NCBI GenBank assembly: GCA_964402695.1
Contig: CAYODK010000004.1
Location: 7,676-71,675, forward strand
Direction: 5' to 3'
From: an uncultured Verrucomicrobiota bacterium
GTDB taxonomy: Bacteria; Verrucomicrobiota; Kiritimatiellia; PWTM01
Length of the DNA: 64,000 nt
In this document: in pieces, positions 24,648 to 37,831 of the stretch
Layout: every line of letters starts with the position of its first letter
How positions within the stretch are numbered: position 1 is the stretch's first letter
Made by a program: the position numbers and the translations under genes
The notes under the pieces: model-generated
The model's database searches: none
Seen by the model: only the letters and a program-made list of their open reading frames with translations
Told to the model about the DNA's origin: nothing

Positions 24648-27239
24648 ATGATGCGCAGACGCAGGAAGATCATCCTCGGACTGGCCGTCGCGCTGACGGG
24701 GGCGCTCGCGTCCGCACGGGCGGACGACGCCTTTCCGCCGCTGTTCCCGTTCGTGATCTCCTACGACGCGCCCGACAACGCGACGAGCATGGCGCACCTG
24801 CTCGATGCGCCGGCCGGCCGTCACGGGTTCATCCGCGTGAAGGACGGACGGCTCGCCCACGACGCGGGGCGGATCCGGCTGCACGCGACGAACCTGACCG
24901 GCCCGGCCAATTTCCCGACCCACGACCAGGCGGACAAGCTGGCCGCGCGGCTCGCCCGGTTCGGCATCAACTGCGTCCGCCTGCACTACTTCGACGCCGA
25001 GTACGGGAACTTCATGACGGAGAAGGAAACCGGCATCTTCGGAAAGGGCGGCGACCTGCCGGCGGCCTTCTCGGCGGATCCCGGCGTTTCAATCCCCCTC
25101 GCCCCGGAGATGGTGGACCGCCAGGACTACCTGGTCGCGGCGCTCAAGAAGCGCGGCATCTACGTCGACATCAACCTCCATGTCGCGCGGTTCCCCAAGA
25201 CGATCGGCTTCTTCGATCCGCGCGTGATCGCCGCGGAGAAGGAGTACGCCCGCAACCTGCTGACGCGGGTGAATCCGTACACGAAGCTGGCTTACACGGA
25301 CGACCCGTGCGTGGCGCTGATCGAGATCAACAACGAGAACGCGCTCCTCAACCGGGGCATTGACCGCGCGCACGAGGGCGAGCTGCGCCGCCAGTGGAAC
25401 GCATGGCTGCGGACGAAGTACGCGACCACCGCGGCGATGCTCCAGGCGTGGGCGTGGACGCCGTCGCCGCTGAGCGACGAGCAGATTCCCGAGGGGCGGT
25501 TCGACAAGCCGGTGGCCATGGACGGACGGCGGTGGATCCTCTCGTCCGGCACGGCGGAGGCGGCGTGCAGCGCGAGCGGCGGCGTCATGCGGGTCGTTGT
25601 CACGCGCGACGGCCGCGAGTACTTCCCCAAGCTGTTCCGAAGCCTGTCGGTCCGGAAGGGGCAGCCCTACACGCTGTCGTTCCGGGTGCGCTGCGCGAAG
25701 GGCACCCCCGGCGCGACGCTCGGGCTCGCGATTGCCGATGCGGCCGGCGGATGGCGGCCGCTGGGTTTGCACCGGACGATCGAGGCCGGCGGCGCGTGGC
25801 GGACGGTGTCCGCCGCGTTCATCGCCACTGACGACTCGGACACGGCGCAGTTCCAACTGACGCGGTTCAAGGCGGGGACCTATGAACTGGCGGACCTTTC
25901 GTTCCAGAGCGGCACGAAGTGCGAGTGGGACGCGGCGGCTCGGATCGAGGACGGCACGGTCCCCCTCGTCAAGGCGGAGGGATTCGCGCCGCCGCACATG
26001 AGGCGGGACCACACGGCGTTCCTCGTGGACACCGAGCGCGCCTACTGGAACGGCATGGTCCGCCACATCAAGGAGGAGTTGAAGGCGAAGTCGCCGGTCT
26101 CCGGCACACAGCTCGGCTACAGCCCGCCGTTCGTGCAGGCGGACTTGGACGTCATCGACCACCACGCCTACTGGTGCCACCCGAGTCCGGTGAACAAGAA
26201 CTGGCGGATCCGGAACCTCCCGATGGTCAACTCGATGTCCTGCATCCAGAGCCTGGCCGCGGAGCGCGTCCTCGGCAAGCCCTACACCGTCAGCGAGTAC
26301 AACCACCCGTTCCCGAACCAGTACGGCGCGGAGGGGCAGTTGATGCTGCGCGCGTACGGCGCGTTCCAGGGCTGGGACGGCGTTTTCGAGTACACTTACA
26401 ACCACTCGCCCGACTTCGAGCCGGACCGGAACACCTATTTCTTCAGCATCGTTGCGCGGACCGACGTGCTCGCGCATTTCCCGGCGTGCGCCGCGATGTA
26501 CCTGCGGGGCGACGTGGCGGAGGCGAAGTCGATGGTCGCGGCGGTCGTGGACCATGCGTCGTGGTTCGACCGGCTGGTGGCCGGCCGGGGCGTCGCGGCG
26601 GGCATCGGCGCGGCCGGGTTCGACGCACGGCTGACGCTCGTGCACAAGACCGCGGTGGATCTCTCCGGCGCCCGCGGCACCGATCCTTCGATCCTCGTCA
26701 AGCCCGGGGAGAGGGTGCTCTCGAGCGACACCGGGGAGCTGGCATGGAACACCGGGTCGCCGAAGGCGGCCTTCTGGACGGTGAACACGCCGAACACGAA
26801 GGTCTTCACGGGGTTTCCCCCCGGCGCGGCGGTCCGCCTGGGCGGCGTGTCGCTCGACATCGGCCGCACGCGGCTCGGCTGGGGCACCGTCTCGCTCGTT
26901 TCGCGCGGGGCGACCGGCTTCGGAGAAGCCGGCAGGCCCGCGAGCATCCTTCTCGCCGCGACCGGCCTCGCCGAGAACAAGGGCATGGTCATCGAGCGGG
27001 TGAACGAGCAGGAGATCACCCTTCGCGACGGGTGGGGCGGCGGGCCGGTCTGCGTCGAGGGCATTCCGGCCGCGGTCACGCTGCCGTCGGCCCCCGGCCG
27101 GACACAGTGCTTCGCCCTCGACCCCGGCGGCAACCGGAAACGCGAGGTACCCGTCGAACCCGGCGAGGCCGGGGGCTCGAAGGTCATTCTCAAACCGGAA
27201 TACGAAACGGTCTGGTATGAGATTGCCATCGCCAATTGA
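24648..27239 (+). CDS. Clan GH-A (GH5-like) glycoside hydrolase with an inserted CBM4/9-like domain
   Basis: GINCVRLHY, IEINNEN (acid/base), DHHAYWCHP and YTVSEYN (nucleophile); insert contains YTLSFRVR...W.TVSAAF. Confidence 0.75.
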   Translation: MMRRRRKIILGLAVALTGALASARADDAFPPLFPFVISYDAPDNATSMAHLLDAPAGRHGFIRVKDGRLAHDAGRIRLHATNLTGPANFPTHDQADKLAARLARFGINCVRLHYFDAEYGNFMTEKETGIFGKGGDLPAAFSADPGVSIPLAPEMVDRQDYLVAALKKRGIYVDINLHVARFPKTIGFFDPRVIAAEKEYARNLLTRVNPYTKLAYTDDPCVALIEINNENALLNRGIDRAHEGELRRQWNAWLRTKYATTAAMLQAWAWTPSPLSDEQIPEGRFDKPVAMDGRRWILSSGTAEAACSASGGVMRVVVTRDGREYFPKLFRSLSVRKGQPYTLSFRVRCAKGTPGATLGLAIADAAGGWRPLGLHRTIEAGGAWRTVSAAFIATDDSDTAQFQLTRFKAGTYELADLSFQSGTKCEWDAAARIEDGTVPLVKAEGFAPPHMRRDHTAFLVDTERAYWNGMVRHIKEELKAKSPVSGTQLGYSPPFVQADLDVIDHHAYWCHPSPVNKNWRIRNLPMVNSMSCIQSLAAERVLGKPYTVSEYNHPFPNQYGAEGQLMLRAYGAFQGWDGVFEYTYNHSPDFEPDRNTYFFSIVARTDVLAHFPACAAMYLRGDVAEAKSMVAAVVDHASWFDRLVAGRGVAAGIGAAGFDARLTLVHKTAVDLSGARGTDPSILVKPGERVLSSDTGELAWNTGSPKAAFWTVNTPNTKVFTGFPPGAAVRLGGVSLDIGRTRLGWGTVSLVSRGATGFGEAGRPASILLAATGLAENKGMVIERVNEQEITLRDGWGGGPVCVEGIPAAVTLPSAPGRTQCFALDPGGNRKREVPVEPGEAGGSKVILKPEYETVWYEIAIAN

Positions 27240-29424
27240 ACCGGCCTTCGCGCTCTGCCTGGTCGCGCACGCCCTGGCGGCGGCGGGGGACGGGGCCATC
27301 ACCAACGCCCACCCGGAGGCGCGCTTCGGCAGGCCGATTCCGTATCGGAAGGTCCCGGGGACGGCCGGGACGATGGCGCTGGAAGTCTCCGGCACCCGGC
27401 TCTATGCGCTCGAAGATCGCGGGTTGTCGATCTTCGACATCTCGGACCCCGGAAGTCCGAAGCGCCTTGGACAGGTCGGCGGCATGGGCAATGTCCGCCA
27501 GCTGCGGGTCTCGGGCACGACCGCGTTCCTTTCGTCGCGCCAGTGCGGCCTGTGGGCGGTGGATGTCTCGGATGACAGGAACCCTCGCATCCTGTCGAAC
27601 TTCGATGGCGTCGAGATGGCCACCGGCCTGGATGTCGCAGGGGATGTGGCGTTCCTCGGGCACCGGGTGTTCGGCATCCAGTGCGTGGACGTTTCGGATC
27701 CCGGCAGGATGAAGCATCTCTCGTCGCTGCGCACCGACGAATCGCAGTCGGTGCGCTACCACAACGGCCTTCTCTGGAGCGGAGACTGGGCGGGCGGGGA
27801 GATCACCGCCATCGACGTCTCGAACCTGCTCGCCCCGAAGGCGGTTTCGCGGATCTCCCTGGACGGCTACGGCGACGGGATGTGCATGCGCGGGACCATC
27901 CTCTTCGCCTCCACGGGCCAGCACAGAAAGAGCGGTCCGCCCGAATCGCGCCACGGCGCGGGGCACGGCCTCGACATCTTCGACGTCACCGACCCCCGCA
28001 GGCCCGTCAGATTGTCGCGCGTCTCGTTTCCCGACATCTACTTCGGGCCCTGCGACTACTGGATGCCGCGCCTCTCCGGCGACCACTGCTTCGCCGCCGA
28101 CACCGTCAACGGGCTCTTCCACCTTGACGTCTCCGACCTCCGGAAGCCGAGGATTCTCGGCAATCTGATTCTCCCGAAGCGGGATCCCGAGAGTCCCGGG
28201 CGCGCCGTGCCCTACGCCCAGATCGTCGATCCGGCCATTCCGCAGGGAGATCCCGTCTCGTCGATCGCCGTGGGCGACGGCGTGGTGTACATCGCGGGCA
28301 ACTTCACGGGGATTTACGTCGCGGGCTTCCCCGGGATCGCCAGGATCCAAGCGCGCGACGCCGGCGCGCCGCCCCGGCTCCCGGCTCATCCATTCGACGC
28401 GAAGGAGACAGGCTTCCACACCTCGGGCGCCGAACTCACCAACCCCACGCGGGCCGTCGCCATCCGGGGCGACATCGCCTACACCGCGAACGTCTGGGGC
28501 GGCGTGAGGATCCACAGGCTCTCCGAGACCGGCATCACGTGGATCGGCAGGGCCGCCATCCGGTATGCCGCCGACGTCAAGCGCTCGGGCGACCGGCTCT
28601 ATGTCGCCGAGGGACAAGACGGCATCGGTGTCTACCGGATGGTTGCCGACACCGGGCTCGAGGAGATCGGACGGCTTGCGGTTCTCGACAAGTCGTTCAA
28701 CTTCGTCCAGTTCCTGTGGGCGTTCGACGGGTGCGACGTCGTTCCCGCCAGTTGCGCGACGACGCGGATCCACTTCATCGACTTTTCGAAGCCCTCCCAG
28801 CCGAGGATCCTCGGCAGTGAATCCGGCGGAGGCCTCCTCTACAACAACTACGGAGGCCAGCGCTTGGTGAAGGGACGCTACTTCGGTCTGTCCCGCACGT
28901 TCGGAGGGCTGCAGGTGTTCGATCTCGCGCAGGGCGGGAAGCTGGTGTGGCACGACAGGTTCCCCCTCTGCTCGCAGACGGGGACGATGGCCGCGTTCGG
29001 CGACGAGTTCCTCGTGATGCGCTGCAGCGGATACGCCTTCTTCGACCCCGCGAGCCCCGTGTCCACGCGCGACTTGAGGAGGCATGCGTTTCCCGGTCAG
29101 GAGGAACTGTGCGACGATGTCCCCGACGATTCGGCCATCAGCCGCGCCATGTTCCCGAAGTCGGAATGGGAGGGACAGGTGAACGTCGACCCTGGAAGCG
29201 GCAGGGTTGCCGTCGCCAACCGGATGTTCAAGAACTGCCACATCTACGACTTCTCCGACCGGGCCGCCCCGAAGCTCCTCAAGAGAATCCAGCTCAACGC
29301 CAACCCGAATGTTCCCGCATTCTGGAACGGGCGCGTCGTGCTGCCGTGCGGGTACTCGGGCCTGCTGCTGGAGAGGTCGGTGGCGCAGGAGACCGGACGG
29401 GCGGCGGGAGGGGCCGTGCGATGA
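27217..29424 (+). CDS. LVIVD-repeat beta-propeller protein, secreted
   Basis: Repeated LSIFDISDP, LWAVDVSD, IQCVDVSDP, LDIFDVTDP and LFHLDVSD units. Confidence 0.8.
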   Translation: MRLPSPIEPAFALCLVAHALAAAGDGAITNAHPEARFGRPIPYRKVPGTAGTMALEVSGTRLYALEDRGLSIFDISDPGSPKRLGQVGGMGNVRQLRVSGTTAFLSSRQCGLWAVDVSDDRNPRILSNFDGVEMATGLDVAGDVAFLGHRVFGIQCVDVSDPGRMKHLSSLRTDESQSVRYHNGLLWSGDWAGGEITAIDVSNLLAPKAVSRISLDGYGDGMCMRGTILFASTGQHRKSGPPESRHGAGHGLDIFDVTDPRRPVRLSRVSFPDIYFGPCDYWMPRLSGDHCFAADTVNGLFHLDVSDLRKPRILGNLILPKRDPESPGRAVPYAQIVDPAIPQGDPVSSIAVGDGVVYIAGNFTGIYVAGFPGIARIQARDAGAPPRLPAHPFDAKETGFHTSGAELTNPTRAVAIRGDIAYTANVWGGVRIHRLSETGITWIGRAAIRYAADVKRSGDRLYVAEGQDGIGVYRMVADTGLEEIGRLAVLDKSFNFVQFLWAFDGCDVVPASCATTRIHFIDFSKPSQPRILGSESGGGLLYNNYGGQRLVKGRYFGLSRTFGGLQVFDLAQGGKLVWHDRFPLCSQTGTMAAFGDEFLVMRCSGYAFFDPASPVSTRDLRRHAFPGQEELCDDVPDDSAISRAMFPKSEWEGQVNVDPGSGRVAVANRMFKNCHIYDFSDRAAPKLLKRIQLNANPNVPAFWNGRVVLPCGYSGLLLERSVAQETGRAAGGAVR

Positions 29425-31934
29425 GGTGGGGCGTCACCTCCGCGGTGTTTGCGCTGGCCCTGGCCGGCGCGCCGGGCGCGGCTCTGGCCGGCCCCGCTCC
29501 GGCGATCGTGAACCCGGCGGCGGAGACGCGGTGTCCGCTCATCCCGATGGGGGCGATCACGGGCCGGCCGGACGAAGAGGCCGTGAGACGGACGCTGGAA
29601 GCCTTCAAGGCCGTCGGGATCGACCAGTACCTCATCTACCCGCGGAGCGGGCTGGAACTCGAGTACATGGGCGGGGAGTGGCTTCAGGTGTGCGAGTGGT
29701 TCTGCGAGCACGCCCGGCGGCTGGACATGTCGATCTGGCTCTACGACGAATACAACTGGCCGAGCGGGTCGTGCAAGGGCCGGGTGCCGGCGGAGAACCC
29801 GGAGTTCGAATCGCGGCAGTACGCCGTCTACCGCAACGCCGACGGCACGTTCGACTGGAAGATCGTCCACTCGCCCGGCTGGGTGGACAACTACAGCTTC
29901 CCGGCCATGAAGCGGTTCATGGAGCTGACGCACGCGCGCTACGAGCAGCGGCTCGGGCCGTACCTGGGCTCGACCGTCGCCGGCATCTTCACCGACGAGC
30001 CGGCGCATCCCGTCCCGGTGAAGCCCGACGGCAAACCGGCGCTGACTTTCCGGTTCTTCGACGGCGCGGAGGCGGAGTACCAGGCGAGAACCGGCCGCGG
30101 GCTGCGCGCCGATGTCGAGGCCTGCCTGCGTGATCCGGCGCGCGACGAGGTGTGGGCGGTCTACGCCGAGTTGCTCGGCGAGAGGTTCCGCGCGGCCTTC
30201 TTCGATCCCATCCGCGCGTGGTGCGACCGCACGGGACTGCTCGCCACCGGCCACCTGATCTCGGAGAACGACACGGCCTCCTCGGCGCTCTACAACGGCA
30301 ACCCGCTGCACGCGCTCAAGGGCCTGACCCTGCCGGGCATGGACGAGATCGGAACGCGGTGCGAGCCCGCGACGATCGAGTGGCTCACGCTGGCGCTCGC
30401 GCAGCATGCGATCGCGCGGCGCGGTCGTGGCGGGCTCGCGGAGCTGTTCGCGCTCGGCCCGGCCGACATGTCCCACGCGACGCAGCGCCAGATGATCTGG
30501 CTCTGCGCGATGCACAAGGTGGACCGCTACGTGCTGGCGGTCGCCCCGCTCGACGCCCGCGGCAACGCGGAGAAGTTCGGATACTTCAACCCGATGACCC
30601 CCATGCAGCCCTGGTTTCCCGCCTTCCGCCTGCTGGGCGACGAGGCGCGGATCGCCGCCCGATACGCGGCCAAGCCGGTGCGGTGCGACATCGCCATCCG
30701 CTACCCGCAACGCGAGGCCGCACGGTTGGCCGCCCGGCGACGGTCCCATCCCGCCCTGCTCGCCGCGCTGCGCCGGTTCTCGGCGCACCAGCTCGCCTAC
30801 GATCTCTGCGAGGAGGACGAGCCGGCCGACAGGCCGCTGGTGTTCGCCTTCGAGGGTGCGCGCGTGAAGGAGGAACGAACCGGGCGCGAGTTCGCTTCAC
30901 CGGACGAGGCCGCCGCCTTCGCCATGACGGTCCGGCCGCCGGAGGTCCGGGTCGAGACCGCCGACGGCCGTCCTGCAGAGGGCGTGTTGCTGCGCCACTA
31001 CGAGGACGGCAGCGTGGTCGTGCTGGGCCTCTCCACGAACGCGCACGGCGCCCTGCGCCTGGCACGCCGCGGCGGCGTCACGGTCCCCTTCGAACTCCCG
31101 GCGCGCGGCGTGGTCCGGTTCGAGGGCGGACCGGCCCCGGCAACCGTGGGTCGTCGCACCGTGCCGGCGATGTCCCCGGACGCGCCTCTCGGTCTTCCCC
31201 TGAGCGCCGTCAACACGCTTCGGCTGGTCTTCGACACGAACGGCACGGCGCGGATCCGGGTCGACCGGCCGGTCGCGGGCGCGCGCGTGGTCCTGCGGCA
31301 TCATCCCGCGGCGAGTGCGGTGACGATGGACGGAGTCGCCGTCAGCGCGGCGCGGCCCTGCGACACGTTGCGGCCGGGACTGAACGAGCTCTACCGCCAG
31401 ACGGAGCCGTTCCGGCTCGAGGCGGGCGAGCACGTGTTCGCCATCACCGCCGGCGGAAGCGACACGAACTACTTCCTTCCGGTCGCGTGGGTGACGGGGG
31501 ACTTCGCGGTCGAGGGCGGGGTCATCAAGGGCCCGCCCCGGACCGTGCGGGCGGGCGCGCTGTGGACGCAGGGGATCGCCGGCTTCGCCGGAGCGGCCAC
31601 CTACACGGCGCATGTGGAAGTTCCCTCCCATGCAGGCGCCGTGGGCCTGCGCTTGGACACCGGCGGACTGTACGCCGAGGTGTCGCTCGACGGGGAGGCG
31701 CTGGGCGGGCGTGCTTGGGCGCCTTTCGAATGGACGGTGCCGCGGGGCGCGAAGGGGAAGGCTGTGGAGTTGAAGGTCACGCTTCGGACCTCTGTCGCGC
31801 CGCTGTTCGGCGACTGGAGGGATCCCGCGGCCGCGTGGAGCCGGAAGTTCTGGGTGCCGCCGCCCGAACCCCATCCCGACGTCGGCCTCCTGCGGGTGCC
31901 GGAGTGGGTGCTGCCCGGAAACGGAGATCCATGA
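29421..31934 (+). CDS. GH106-related glycoside hydrolase
   Basis: YLIYPRSGLE.EYMG..W, WLYDEYNWPSG, GIFTDEP and LPGMDEI motifs; C-terminal galactose-binding-like domain (RAWAPFEW). Confidence 0.65.
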   Translation: MRWGVTSAVFALALAGAPGAALAGPAPAIVNPAAETRCPLIPMGAITGRPDEEAVRRTLEAFKAVGIDQYLIYPRSGLELEYMGGEWLQVCEWFCEHARRLDMSIWLYDEYNWPSGSCKGRVPAENPEFESRQYAVYRNADGTFDWKIVHSPGWVDNYSFPAMKRFMELTHARYEQRLGPYLGSTVAGIFTDEPAHPVPVKPDGKPALTFRFFDGAEAEYQARTGRGLRADVEACLRDPARDEVWAVYAELLGERFRAAFFDPIRAWCDRTGLLATGHLISENDTASSALYNGNPLHALKGLTLPGMDEIGTRCEPATIEWLTLALAQHAIARRGRGGLAELFALGPADMSHATQRQMIWLCAMHKVDRYVLAVAPLDARGNAEKFGYFNPMTPMQPWFPAFRLLGDEARIAARYAAKPVRCDIAIRYPQREAARLAARRRSHPALLAALRRFSAHQLAYDLCEEDEPADRPLVFAFEGARVKEERTGREFASPDEAAAFAMTVRPPEVRVETADGRPAEGVLLRHYEDGSVVVLGLSTNAHGALRLARRGGVTVPFELPARGVVRFEGGPAPATVGRRTVPAMSPDAPLGLPLSAVNTLRLVFDTNGTARIRVDRPVAGARVVLRHHPAASAVTMDGVAVSAARPCDTLRPGLNELYRQTEPFRLEAGEHVFAITAGGSDTNYFLPVAWVTGDFAVEGGVIKGPPRTVRAGALWTQGIAGFAGAATYTAHVEVPSHAGAVGLRLDTGGLYAEVSLDGEALGGRAWAPFEWTVPRGAKGKAVELKVTLRTSVAPLFGDWRDPAAAWSRKFWVPPPEPHPDVGLLRVPEWVLPGNGDP

Positions 31935-33066
31935 TGACGACAACGTGCTCGAGACGCGCCTTCCTGGCCGCAACCGGACTCGCCGCCGCGACGGCGACCC
32001 TGCCGGGCGGTCCGACCGCCGCCCGGGCGGTCCCGCCCGTCCCGCGGCGCCCCATCCGGATCGGGCAGATCGGCACCGGCAACCAGCACGCCTACAAGAT
32101 CGGGACGCTGCGGAAGCTGACGGAGCTGTTCGAGGTCGTGGGCGTTGCGGAGGAGAACCCCGCGTTGCGCGCGCAGGCGGGGAAGAGCGACGTCTACAAG
32201 GGGCTGCCCTGGATGACCCCGGACGAATTGCTGTCCGTTCCCGGGCTGCAGGCCGTCGCGGTGGAGACGGAGGAGCACGTGCCGATTCCGACCGCGCTGC
32301 GATGCATCCGGGCGGGGAAGCATATCCATCTGGACAAGCCGTGTGGCGAGTCCCTGCCGCAGTTCCGGCAGCTGCTGGACGAGGCGAGGGCCGGGAAGCT
32401 GACGGTCCAGGTGGGCTACATGTACCGGAACAACCCGGCCGTGCAGTTCTGCATCCGGGCGGTGAAGGACGGTCTGATCGGAAGCGTGTTCGACCTCGAT
32501 GCGGCCATGGGCCGCTTCGACGGGGACGGCTATCGACAGCTCATCAAGACCTACAAGGGCGGGATCCCCTACATCCTCGCCTGCCATCTGGTCGATCTCG
32601 TCGTGACGCTGATGGGGGAGCCCGGGAGCGTGCGTCCCTTCCTCCGCCGCACCCGCGGCGATGGAGTGATCGACAACGGGCTGGCGGTCTTCGAGTTCCC
32701 CCGCGACCGGCTGGCCACGATCCGGACCTCCATCACCGAGGCCCAGGGGTTCCGCCGCCGGCATCTCACGGTGATGGGCGACAAGGGGACGATGGTCATC
32801 CAGCCGCTGGAATCCCGGGGCAACATGTCCGGTGGCGCTCTCACGCTGGCGTTGGAGGAGGACCGCGGCGGCTTCAAGAAGGGCGTGCAGACCGTCGAGA
32901 TGCCGCCCCCGAAGGACCGCTATGAGGATCAGTGGCGGGAGTTCGCGGCCGTGGTGAGCGGCGAAATGACCGCCCCGTACACCTACGAGCACGACTACAT
33001 CGTTCACAAGTGGCATCTGGCGGCCTGCGGTCTGCCGCCCGATGCACAGGCGGGGGAGGAGAAGCC

Positions 33067-33070
<4 letters not shown>
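31931..33070 (+). CDS. Gfo/Idh/MocA oxidoreductase with a Tat signal
   Basis: SRRAFLA; IRIGQIGTG; GKHIHLDKP; VQVGYMYR. Confidence 0.9.
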
Positions 33071-37827
<4,757 letters not shown>

Positions 37828-37831
37828 AGCC

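Noticed and set aside
27217-27239. Programmed frameshift joining the GH5-like and LVIVD genes
   Set aside because: No slippery sequence; the downstream gene has its own ATG and signal-like N-terminus.
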